From positions 166,160-230,159 of the forward strand of contig JANLFY010000001.1 of assembly GCA_024653485.1 (NCBI GenBank): 64,000 bases of DNA, given 5' to 3'. Positions 19,503 to 28,451 of the stretch are shown here, piece after piece; position 1 is the first letter of the stretch, and each line of letters starts with the position of its first letter. Position numbers and translations under genes: made by a program. The notes under the pieces are model-generated. The model saw only the letters and a program-made list of their open reading frames with translations, was not told the DNA's origin and did not search any database. This stretch comes from Bacillota bacterium (GTDB lineage Bacteria; Bacillota; SHA-98; UBA4971).

Positions 19503-20291
19503 CTAGTCTTCCTCCTCACCCAGGTAAGCCGCTATGACTCGGGGGTTCGACTGGATCTCCTGCGGAGTGCCTTCAGCGATTGAGACTCCGTAGTCGATCA
19601 CACGGATCCGCTCGCAGATCCCCATCACTAGGCGCATGTCGTGTTCTATGAGGAAGATCGTCAGACCGAACTCCTCCCTGATGCGGCAGATGAACCTCAT
19701 CAGCTGCGTGGTCTCTTCGGGGTTCATCCCCGCCGCGGGCTCGTCCAGGAGGAGAAGGCGAGGGTTTGTCGCCAGCGCCCGAGCGATCTCGAGACGACGC
19801 TGCTGACCGTACGGAAGGCCGCCGGCTTGCTCCCTGGCAAGGTCAGCCAGCCCGACTCTCTCAAGGAGTTCCATCCCGCGCATCCTGGTCTCTTGGTCTT
19901 CCTTGACGTAGCCCGGTAGTTGACACGCTGCGGAGAGGAAAGACGACCTCACCCGCAAGTGCTGTGACACCAGCACGTTGTCAAGCACCGTGAGGCCTGT
20001 GAAAAGTCGCACGTTCTGAAAGGTTCTTGCTATGCCTGCGGCAGCGATGAGGTCCGGACGCCACCCGGTGATGTCCCGTCCCTCGAATGCCACCCGGCCC
20101 TGGGTCGGCGTGTACTGGCCCGTGATTATGTTGAAGACAGTGGTCTTTCCAGCGCCGTTGGGGCCTATGAGCCCGACGAGCTCGCCCTTCCTTATGTCGA
20201 GCGAGAAGTCGTTCACGGCCACAAGCCCGCCGAACTTGATGGTCACGTGATCGAGAGTCAGGACGACTCCGTCTTGCGTTCGCGCTTCCAC
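19503..20291 (-). CDS. livG: Branched-chain amino acid ABC transporter ATP-binding protein LivG
   Basis: N-terminal LivG motif FGGLVAVNDFSL, Walker A GPNGAGKTT. Start set at GTG 20291 (AGGGGGG SD, 7-nt spacing) rather than the longer ORF that overlaps livM by 80 nt. Confidence 0.85.
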   Translation of the reverse strand: MEARTQDGVVLTLDHVTIKFGGLVAVNDFSLDIRKGELVGLIGPNGAGKTTVFNIITGQYTPTQGRVAFEGRDITGWRPDLIAAAGIARTFQNVRLFTGLTVLDNVLVSQHLRVRSSFLSAACQLPGYVKEDQETRMRGMELLERVGLADLAREQAGGLPYGQQRRLEIARALATNPRLLLLDEPAAGMNPEETTQLMRFICRIREEFGLTIFLIEHDMRLVMGICERIRVIDYGVSIAEGTPQEIQSNPRVIAAYLGEEED

Positions 20292-21346
20292 TCTTGCACC
20301 CCCCTGGAGACTCTGAGCACGGACAGGACCCAATCCCACGACAGCTCGAACTGGCCGAAGAGCCCTCGTCGGTAGAAGATCATGAGAAGGATGAGCAGCA
20401 CGGAGAAGACCACCATTCTCATGCCTGGAACGCCCGGGATGTGGAGAGCTCCGATGTTTATTGGTGCCTCCACGACCCGCAGCACCTCGGACATGAGTGC
20501 AAACCCGAACCCCGTGAACACCGACCCGGTTATGCTACCGAGGCCGCCGAGCACGATGATTATGAGGAGGTTGAATGTCATGCCGAAGGTGAACAGTGTC
20601 GGGGAGACGGTCGTGATGAGCGATACCAGGAGCCCACCTGCCACTCCTCCGAAGAAGCCGCTTGTTACGAAGGAAAGCATCTTCGTGCGGAACACGTTCA
20701 CGCCCATGGCCTCCGCGGCTATTTCGTCATCTCGGATGGCTTTCATCGCCCGGCCGTAACTGGAGTTCGCGATGTTGCTCACCACGAGCGTCGCCACTAC
20801 CGCGGCCCCGAAACACCAGTATACGTTGGCATATTCGGGTATTCCCTTCATCCCGAGAGGGCCGTTGGTCAAGGGGATGAGGTTGTTGGCAAGCACGAAG
20901 ATTATCTCGCCGAAACCGAATGTTGCGATGGCGAGGTAGTCGCCGCGCAGCCGGAACGACGGAATCCCCACGAGAAGCGCCCCAAGAGCGCCGACGACGC
21001 CTCCGAGCACGACGGCGAGACCGAACATGTACGCCGGAAGAGAGAACGAGTTGAATGGCCACATGAGCGGCTCGAGGAACCACACGAACTGCTTCTGCTG
21101 AAGCGGCAGGATGAGGAGCGCCGTGGTATAGCCGCCGAGTGCCATGAAGCCGTTGGGGCCCAATGAGAACTGGCCTGTGATGCCGTTCACGAGGTTGTAC
21201 GCGACCGCTGCGACCACGTAGATCGCGCCCGTGCGTGCCACTCGCAACGGGAACTCTCCGAGATGCGTGTCGGCCCACCAGAGGGCGAGAAAGATCACTG
21301 CAATGAGCGCAAGCGTCAAGATGAGGTGCAGACGTCTTCTCTCCAT
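20258..21346 (-). CDS. livM: Branched-chain amino acid ABC transporter permease LivM
   Basis: Polytopic permease of the LivM type. Start ATG sits in a TGAcATG junction with livH. Confidence 0.9.
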   Translation of the reverse strand: MERRRLHLILTLALIAVIFLALWWADTHLGEFPLRVARTGAIYVVAAVAYNLVNGITGQFSLGPNGFMALGGYTTALLILPLQQKQFVWFLEPLMWPFNSFSLPAYMFGLAVVLGGVVGALGALLVGIPSFRLRGDYLAIATFGFGEIIFVLANNLIPLTNGPLGMKGIPEYANVYWCFGAAVVATLVVSNIANSSYGRAMKAIRDDEIAAEAMGVNVFRTKMLSFVTSGFFGGVAGGLLVSLITTVSPTLFTFGMTFNLLIIIVLGGLGSITGSVFTGFGFALMSEVLRVVEAPINIGALHIPGVPGMRMVVFSVLLILLMIFYRRGLFGQFELSWDWVLSVLRVSRGVQEWKRERKTESS

Positions 21347-21347
21347 G

Positions 21348-22241
21348 TCACACCTTCTCCTTTAGGGGCTCACCAAGGATCCCGGTTGGCCGGAGGAGCA
21401 GGAATATCAGAAGTAGCGTAAAGATGATGCCGTCGCGGTACCCCGAGAGGCTGGGCAAGACCGCCACAGTCATGATCTCGACGAGCCCGATGAGGAAGCC
21501 CCCGAGCATCGCCCCTGTGATATTACCGATGCCTCCTACCACCGCGGCGGTGAACGCCTTCCATCCGGGGTATATGCCCATGAGCGGGTTGATCTGGGGG
21601 TACTTGTAAGCCCACATTATGCCTCCCGCAGCCGCCAGGGCAGAGCCGATGGCGAAAGTGTAGGATATCACTCTGTCTACGTCCACCCCCATCAAGCGGG
21701 TGGTTTCGATGTCAGTTGACACGGACCTCATCGCCATGCCGACCTTCGTGCGGTATACGATGAACAACAGCAGTGCAAGCAGAGCGAGGCTGAGGATGGG
21801 CACCCAGATGGACACGCCTGACACGGCCGCCGGTCCGATCGGTATCACCCTCGCCATGACGTCGGGCCTCTGAAACGCTTTCGGCCGGGCGCCCACGGTC
21901 ACCAAGCCCAAGTTCTCCAGGAAGAACGACACGCCCACCGCGGTTATGAGGGCGGATATGCGCGGAGCGTTCCTTACGGGCCGGTAGGCTGCCCTGTCCA
22001 CGATCATGCCGACGAGGGCAGTCAAAACGACCGCAAGAATGGCGGATGCCCCCCACGGCAGACGAAACACGGCCACGAGGAAGAACGCAAAGTATGCGCC
22101 TACCATGAATATGTCGCTGTGGGCGAAGTTGATGAGCCGCAGGATGCCATAGACCATCGTGTAGCCGATGGCGATGAGGGCATACAAGCTTCCAAGGGAG
22201 ATGCCGTTCATCAGCTGCTGAATGAAGGTCTCGAGCGTCAT
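21348..22241 (-). CDS. livH: Branched-chain amino acid ABC transporter permease LivH
   Basis: LivH-type permease (MTLETFIQQLMNGISLGSLYALIAIGYTMVYG). Confidence 0.9.
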   Translation of the reverse strand: MTLETFIQQLMNGISLGSLYALIAIGYTMVYGILRLINFAHSDIFMVGAYFAFFLVAVFRLPWGASAILAVVLTALVGMIVDRAAYRPVRNAPRISALITAVGVSFFLENLGLVTVGARPKAFQRPDVMARVIPIGPAAVSGVSIWVPILSLALLALLLFIVYRTKVGMAMRSVSTDIETTRLMGVDVDRVISYTFAIGSALAAAGGIMWAYKYPQINPLMGIYPGWKAFTAAVVGGIGNITGAMLGGFLIGLVEIMTVAVLPSLSGYRDGIIFTLLLIFLLLRPTGILGEPLKEKV

Positions 22242-22665
22242 TCACATCTACTCCTTGAAAAGACGGCGTTCCAACCGTCGGGAATCTCGCCTCGTCGGAA
22301 GGTTCCGTCTTGGTGCGCGCGTCACGCGCGCCCTCCTGCGCTGGTGGCCAGCGCGACAGATGTGGCTCTCGGGTCTGTCGCCTGCCCTTGCCTCCGGACA
22401 CGGACCGGTCGTCCGTGTCCGTTGCCGCCGGCCGGGAAGGTCCGCAAGACACTCAACGGGGGCAAAGAGGAAGCCTGCCGTCTTGGTAGGGATGGCCCTC
22501 CTTGCCCCCTGTAGTGTACCGGGACTTCTTCCGCTTGTCACGGCGTCACGAGATGCACCCGACCTGCCTTCTCATCATCGTAGGCTGCGACGCCGAGCCA
22601 ACCGGGCCTGCCTGATGTCCCTTCTCAGGCAGGACAGGGGCACGCCCGAGCCAATGCGCGACTCA

Positions 22666-23793
22666 TTACGGATAAACTATCGACTGGTACTCCCACTTGC
22701 CGTTCTTCACGGCGTTGAACACCACGGGCTTGATGGCGTCGCCGTTCTCTATCGTGACGGGCCCAGTCACGACCTGGAGGTTCTTCGTGTCCTCTATGGC
22801 CACCGCGACCTTCTTGGGATCGGCGGAGCCAGCCCTCTTGATGGCGTCGAGGACTATGAGATAGCAGTCGGCCGCGAGAGCGCCGAACACGTTGACCTCG
22901 CTGTCGGCTCCGAATTTCTTCTTATACGCCTCGACGTACTTCTTGCCGATGTCTGTCGCCGCTGCCTTCTCATGCCAGAACGTGGTATGCTGGACTCCCT
23001 CCACGGCCTTACCGCCGATGGACAGGAACTCCTCGGTGGCTATGCCGTCAGCTCCGAAGACAGGTTGAGTGAGGCCGAGATCCCTGGCTTGCCGTACGGC
23101 AAGCGCGGTCTCTTGGTAGTAGTTGGGTATATAGATGACATCCGGCTTCTTGTTCTTGATCTCCGTCAGCTGGGCGCTGAAGTCTTGGTCACCGTACTTA
23201 CACTTCTGGTGGGTGACCACTTTGCCGCCAAGCTTGGTGAACTCCTTTTCGAACATGGTTCCAAGGGCTATGCAATAGTCGTTGGCTATGTCGGACAGGA
23301 TCGCAGCAGTCTTGGCCTTCAAGTCCCTGTAACAATAGGTTGCTGCGATGGACGCCTGGAACGGGTCGATGAAGCACGCGCGGAACACGTACTTCTTACC
23401 TTGAGTACACAGAGGGTTCGTCGTAGTCGGCCCTATGATGGGGACCTCTTTCTTCTCGCAAATCTCACCGGCGGCGAGCATGTTACCGCTGATGGTGGGC
23501 CCGATTATGGCGACGACTTTGTCGTTCTCGATGAGACGAGAGGCCACGTTTGCTGCCTCAACCTTGTCGGACTTGTTGTCGAGGAGCTTGAATACGACCG
23601 GTCTGCCAAGGACCTCGGGCTTTACGATATCGTCAATGAGATTGACACCTTCCCACGCTGCCTGGCCGTATGCGGCCACCTGGCCGGTCATCTCGAGGTT
23701 GAACCCTATGACGATCGGCTCGGCCGAATAGGCCACTGCTCCCAACGAAACTAGAGCGACAACCAAGACCAGACTCAGTATGTACCTCCTCAC
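22666..23793 (-). CDS. livK: Branched-chain amino acid ABC transporter substrate-binding protein (LivK/LivJ type), secreted
   Basis: Signal peptide plus periplasmic-binding-protein type I fold sequence (Leu/Ile/Val-binding family). Confidence 0.9.
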   Translation of the reverse strand: MRRYILSLVLVVALVSLGAVAYSAEPIVIGFNLEMTGQVAAYGQAAWEGVNLIDDIVKPEVLGRPVVFKLLDNKSDKVEAANVASRLIENDKVVAIIGPTISGNMLAAGEICEKKEVPIIGPTTTNPLCTQGKKYVFRACFIDPFQASIAATYCYRDLKAKTAAILSDIANDYCIALGTMFEKEFTKLGGKVVTHQKCKYGDQDFSAQLTEIKNKKPDVIYIPNYYQETALAVRQARDLGLTQPVFGADGIATEEFLSIGGKAVEGVQHTTFWHEKAAATDIGKKYVEAYKKKFGADSEVNVFGALAADCYLIVLDAIKRAGSADPKKVAVAIEDTKNLQVVTGPVTIENGDAIKPVVFNAVKNGKWEYQSIVYP

Positions 23794-24632
23794 TGCTCAA
23801 TACCTCCTCGCTTTGTGCACTTCGTGCTTTCCTCCACCCTCTCTACCACGGAATCTCCGAACCGTCCCATGTCGTCCAAGTCTATCTGAGGGTCACCAGT
23901 CACCTCCCCCGCGGCAAGAGAGAGTCACTCTCTCTTCCACTGTCTCAAATGTCCTAAACCCGTTCCGGACCAGTCCTGACGGCTGTCCCGCGACAAGGAG
24001 CGAACTCCCGACGTGCAAGCCGACCGGTCAAGACCATCCTCGGGGAACCTGTGCCAACCCGCCTGGATGATGGGTCTTTCGGCGGGGCTGGCATCACTTG
24101 TTTCAGCCACTATATCATGGCAAGCGTGCACAGTCAAGCCGTACGCTCACCGGCTCACCGACGAGAGCATCGCTTCGCTTTGTCCCAGACTCGTCGCGCC
24201 CTTAGGGCCCGACGTAAGTGCGAGCGCAGGCAAGAGCAGAAGCCTTTCACTGAAATGGGAGCACGAGCCTCACGCGATTCGCGCCCAGTGCGTCATAGAC
24301 AAGCCGCGTAGACAGTCTGTCATAGTCGGGTATTCTCCGTCGGAGAGCTAATCTCCTCTTTAAGGCGCGCACCTGCTTCAGTATTTTTCTTACAGGAGCC
24401 CTCATCCACCCCAATTCTCCGTCGCTCAGGCACGCGCGGCCATCTCAGCGGACGAGGGAGGAGGAGGAGAGAGGAGGAGAAGGACCACTCGCGCCGAAGA
24501 CAGGAAGGGAGGTCTGACGTGACCTTCTTCCGGTGTCCGACGGTGTCTGGCGTTTCGGTGCCCGCCGACGGCACGCCCGCCGGATGCGCGGGCGCCAAGA
24601 TGTGAACTCAATGAGCGGGAGGCTGTCATCTC

Positions 24633-24899
24633 GTGACGCGACGCCCAAAATGTGTTGAGATCCAAGTCACAGTGGACAGAATCGAAGCGGACAACGCCGT
24701 TCTCCTCGTAAGCGGCCAGGAGGCCGAGGCTATACTCTGGCCCGTGCGGGCCTTGCCGGAGGGCGTCCGCGAGGGGATGGTCCTCAGGATCTCCATCACG
24801 CCTGACGAGCAAGCCACTCAAGCTGCCAGGGCGCGCATGGAGGACCTATTGAAGAAGCTGGTAGCGAAGGACCCGGAAGGCCGATCCGGCGTCCGGTGA
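24633..24899 (+). CDS. DUF3006-like small protein
   Basis: Resembles the DUF3006 family (CVEIQVTVDRIEADNAVLL...ILWPVRALPEGVREGMVLRI). Confidence 0.55.
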   Translation: MTRRPKCVEIQVTVDRIEADNAVLLVSGQEAEAILWPVRALPEGVREGMVLRISITPDEQATQAARARMEDLLKKLVAKDPEGRSGVR

Positions 24900-24918
24900 A
24901 CGTCGGAGCGTCGTGCTA

Positions 24919-25038
24919 TCAGCCTTCGCGCCACATTCTCAGCATCAGCCTGATCATGGCGTAGAAGACAAGTATGACGCCGAAAATGGTTGCCATACCG
25001 ATGCCCAGAACACGCCAGCTCTGAACCACTGCGCTCAT
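24919..25038 (-). CDS. Small single-helix membrane peptide (39 aa), possibly an OadG-like fragment
   Basis: MSAVVQSWRVLGIGMATIFGVILVFYAMIRLMLRMWREG. The hydrophobic helix pattern resembles decarboxylase gamma-subunit N-termini but is much shorter. The upstream in-frame extension is Arg-rich and was rejected. Confidence 0.3.
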   Translation of the reverse strand: MSAVVQSWRVLGIGMATIFGVILVFYAMIRLMLRMWREG

Positions 25039-25495
25039 CCTCTGAAGTCGCGGCCGACGATGCCTCCTATCCACGTCTCTTCTCTTCCTCTCACTCAAGC
25101 GACCGACCTCTGGCTCGCGCCCCGTACGGGACTTTCGTCTCCCATCGAACGGAGCAGACCGCCCCGCGAGGCGGTTGCAAGGGACGCACGCCGCCCGCCA
25201 GGCAGGGCGACCGCCTTGCCTCTGCTTGCCGCTTGAGCCCGTGGGCATTCGCGTCGTCTGCCGACTTCTTTCCCTCCCCTCGTTGTCAGGTGCGCGAGTC
25301 CCCTCGGCGCAGCCTTCGTCGCAGCTCGCGCTATGCAATTCGCGCGGCGCCCCGTTGCTGCCGCTTGTTGGTCGTTCGGGTGCGCCCGCCGTTCCGTGGC
25401 CCGTGCTCGGTTCCCTGCCTCGAGACCTTTCTCGCGTCGCCTCTCACGCGCGACGCGGGAATCACGCCCTGGGCGCGCAGCGCATCGCGGACGCC

Positions 25496-26647
25496 CTAAG
25501 ACACGAGGGCGAGTATCAGACTTCCAGCCACTATGGACGCTATCTGGCCGGCAACGTTCGCCCCCACGGCGTGCATCACTATGTAGTTGGTCGGGTCTTC
25601 TTTGAGGGCCATCTTCGCGATGACCCGTGCGGACATCGGGAACGCCGATATCCCGCACGCTCCTATCATCGGGTTTATCTTGCGGCGCAGCACCAGGTTA
25701 AGAGCCTTCGCGAACAGCACACCTCCTCCTGTATCGAACACGAAGGCGAGCAGGCCCATGCCCATGATGAGGAGAGTCCTGAAGTTCAGGAAGGAATCCG
25801 CCCGCATCGACGAGCCAATGGTGATGCCGAGGAGGAGCGTGACCAAGTTGGCGAGCTCGTTCTGCGCGGCCTTGGACAGCCTCTCCAACACACCGCTTTC
25901 CCTTATCAGATTGCCGAACATGAGCATGCCGACAAGGGCGACGCTGATCGGAGCGATCACCCCTGCTACGAGGGTCACGCCTATGGGGAACAGGATGCGC
26001 ACGATCCGAGGCACCGCGACTTCCCGCGAATCCATGCGGATACGCCTCTCGGCCCTCGTCGTGAGGGCTGTCACCACGGGGGGCTGTATGATCGGTACCA
26101 GCGCCATGTATGAATATGCGGCGACTGATATCGGCGCGAGGAGGTGGCTCGCGAACTTGGTGGCTACGTAGATCGAGGTCGGACCATCTGCCGCCCCTAT
26201 GATCCCTATGGACGCCGCCTCCTTCAGGTTGAAGCCGAAGTACGATGCTACCACCATGGTAGCGAACACTCCCAGCTGCGCCGCGGCTCCGAAAAGGAGC
26301 GTTTCCGGCCTCTGCAGGAGTGGCGTGAAGTCCACCATCGCCCCAACGGCCACGAAGATCAGTATGGGGAAGAGCTCGGTCTTGATCCCCGCGTTGTAAA
26401 GCAGTTCTAACACGCCGTGTTCGCCAAGGACAGACGTAAATGGTATGTTCGCGAGGATGGCGCCGAATCCAATGGGGAGGAGCAGCATCGGCTCGTAGTC
26501 GCGCTTCACCGCAAGGTATATGAGAAATCCGCCGACGGCAAACATTACCATGTTGCCGAAGCTCAACCCCCGCACACCCGCCAAGAGTTCGTTCAGGTTC
26601 ACCAACTCCCTTCGGAAGAGCGCTCCGTCCACCGCCAGGCGAGACAT
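25496..26647 (-). CDS. Na+-transporting carboxylic-acid decarboxylase beta subunit (OadB/GcdB/MmdB family)
   Basis: 383-aa polytopic protein with strong resemblance along its length to OadB-type beta subunits. Start at MSRLAV (ATG 26647). The remaining 5' part of the 794-aa ORF is antisense to the TAXI gene. Confidence 0.85.
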   Translation of the reverse strand: MSRLAVDGALFRRELVNLNELLAGVRGLSFGNMVMFAVGGFLIYLAVKRDYEPMLLLPIGFGAILANIPFTSVLGEHGVLELLYNAGIKTELFPILIFVAVGAMVDFTPLLQRPETLLFGAAAQLGVFATMVVASYFGFNLKEAASIGIIGAADGPTSIYVATKFASHLLAPISVAAYSYMALVPIIQPPVVTALTTRAERRIRMDSREVAVPRIVRILFPIGVTLVAGVIAPISVALVGMLMFGNLIRESGVLERLSKAAQNELANLVTLLLGITIGSSMRADSFLNFRTLLIMGMGLLAFVFDTGGGVLFAKALNLVLRRKINPMIGACGISAFPMSARVIAKMALKEDPTNYIVMHAVGANVAGQIASIVAGSLILALVS

Positions 26648-26827
26648 TCGATGTCGCGCGCCGTTTTCCTCCTCCGCGCCTTTGATCCAGAAGCTGCCTG
26701 GCAAGCAGGACGGGATTAGTTCGAGATGGTTTGGAAGGAACACCGGGGAGCATGTAGAATCAAACATGTGAGAGGTTCGGTCAAGCGGGACCGGGAAATC
26801 TCCGAGGGTGAGGAGGCAGAAGAGAGA

Positions 26828-27787
26828 ATGAGAAGAGGCGTATTGGCGGCGGTCACCATGTGTCTCGTGCTTGCCATCGGGTCCACATCGTTTGCTGCCG
26901 TGACGCAGCTCGTCATGGCCACCGGGGGGACAGCGGGCACGTATTACCCTTTGGGCGGGGCGATGGCCCAACTCATCGGCGAGAAAGTGAAGAACGTCAG
27001 CATAACCGTCCAAAGCACGGGCGCTTCTATCGCGAACCTCAGGATGATTCATTCGAAGGAAGTCGATCTTGCGCTGGTTCAGACTGACACAGCGGACTAC
27101 GCATGGAACGGAACGGAGTTCTTCCAGAAAGACGGGAAGATGAGAAGCTTCGGCGTGGTGGCGTCGCTTTATCCGGAGCTCATCCAGATCGTGGCGTCGG
27201 CCGACTCCGGCATAAACTCCGTAGCCGATCTGAAGGGCAAGAGAGTGTCGGTGGGCGCGCCGGGCAGCGGCACGGAGGCGAACGCAAGACAGATTCTCGA
27301 GGCGTACGGACTGAGCTATAAGGACCTGGCTCAGGTGCAGTATCTTAGCTTCGCGGAGTCCGCGGAGGCGTTCAAGGACAAACACATCGATGCGTTCTTC
27401 GTGACCGCGGGCATTCCGAACGCCGGGATCCAGGACGTGGCGACTCAGCATAAGATCAAGATCGTTGAGGTCCCGGACGAGATGTACAAGAAACTGCACG
27501 ACAAGTATGGTTTCTACGGCCAAGCCGTGATTCCGGCCGGCACCTACATCAACCAGACGAAGGACGCGAAGACAGTTGCCGTGCAAGCCATGCTCATAGC
27601 CCGGTCGGATCTCGACGCAGGTCTCGTTTACGAGATGACCCGAGCGCTTTTCGAGAACCTGCCGGAGCTTGCGAAAGCACATGCCAAGGGCAAGGAGATC
27701 AGCCTTGCCGGCGCTCTTGCGGGCGTGAGCACGCCGCTGCATCCCGGGACAGAGAAGTACTTCAAGGAGAAAGGCATTATCAAGTAG
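26828..27787 (+). CDS. TAXI-family TRAP transporter solute-binding protein
   Basis: Signal peptide plus TAXI receptor fold sequence (GGTAGTYYPLGGAMAQL...). GAGGAGG SD. Confidence 0.85.
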   Translation: MRRGVLAAVTMCLVLAIGSTSFAAVTQLVMATGGTAGTYYPLGGAMAQLIGEKVKNVSITVQSTGASIANLRMIHSKEVDLALVQTDTADYAWNGTEFFQKDGKMRSFGVVASLYPELIQIVASADSGINSVADLKGKRVSVGAPGSGTEANARQILEAYGLSYKDLAQVQYLSFAESAEAFKDKHIDAFFVTAGIPNAGIQDVATQHKIKIVEVPDEMYKKLHDKYGFYGQAVIPAGTYINQTKDAKTVAVQAMLIARSDLDAGLVYEMTRALFENLPELAKAHAKGKEISLAGALAGVSTPLHPGTEKYFKEKGIIK

Positions 27788-27815
27788 CAGAGACGAAGAC
27801 AGGTCAGGTGGACGA

Positions 27816-28451
27816 ATGGGCGCAAGTGTCCCGAACGCACCCGAAGCGCGTCTCGCCGGTCGCCAGGGCGGCGCCGTCATCGCCGTCCTGGCGCTCGGTG
27901 CTATCCTGGCTACGGCGGCGATGCTCGCCCCTTTCGTAGGCGCGCTGGAGGTGAGGGAGGAGCGGACCGGTCGTCTGGTTTACCTCGCGCGTGTGCCCGC
28001 AGGGGGCAGGTTCGAGGTGCGCTTCGTTCACTCGGTGGAGAGGACGCCCGTTTGCGAGGTCTTCGCAGTCGAGTCCGGCGGCGTCATCTACCTTGTTGAG
28101 ACGAGGTACAAGTCTTTCGGGGCTGGGCTCCCCACGATCGCAGACGAAGGCGCCCGGTTTGCCTTGGAAGATGGGGAGGTGCGCATCACCGGTATCCGCC
28201 GGCGCATCGGCGAGCTAGACCTGGCGGTAAGCCCGGTTCCCGGGCATTCGCTTGTGGTCTCCGGCAAGATGTTTGCCTTCGCGGACGTCGCCAGGCCCGG
28301 GACGGCCCTCAATATCAAGGCGGTTCGTGCGCCTATGGCCGCGTTTCTGTTCAGGGGGAGATGCTGGTGGATCAAAGAGCGGACGATGTCCAGAGAGACA
28401 TCATCTCAAGCCCAGGCGACGTTTCCAACAGGGTCGAAACGGAGTCCGTGA
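27816..28451 (+). CDS. DUF1850 domain protein (TAXI-TRAP associated)
   Basis: Membrane-anchored protein at the conserved position between the TAXI receptor and the fused permease. Confidence 0.65.
   Translation: MGASVPNAPEARLAGRQGGAVIAVLALGAILATAAMLAPFVGALEVREERTGRLVYLARVPAGGRFEVRFVHSVERTPVCEVFAVESGGVIYLVETRYKSFGAGLPTIADEGARFALEDGEVRITGIRRRIGELDLAVSPVPGHSLVVSGKMFAFADVARPGTALNIKAVRAPMAAFLFRGRCWWIKERTMSRETSSQAQATFPTGSKRSP

Noticed and set aside
20294-21166. 290-aa plus-strand ORF rich in His/Glu/Arg
   Set aside because: Antisense to livM, with a composition typical of GC-skewed antisense frames.
22222-23754. 510-aa plus-strand ORF
   Set aside because: Antisense to livK and the liv spacer. 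Leu/Arg/Gly-rich with no recognisable family.
25039-25495. Possible additional gene between the OadG-like peptide and OadB
   Set aside because: All frames are extremely Arg-rich. No SD-start combination with a plausible protein. Left unannotated, though a small RNA cannot be excluded.
26648-27880. N-terminal 410 aa of the 794-aa minus-strand ORF upstream of OadB
   Set aside because: Antisense to the clearly real TAXI receptor gene. Arg/His-rich. The OadB homology begins only at the internal Met (26647).
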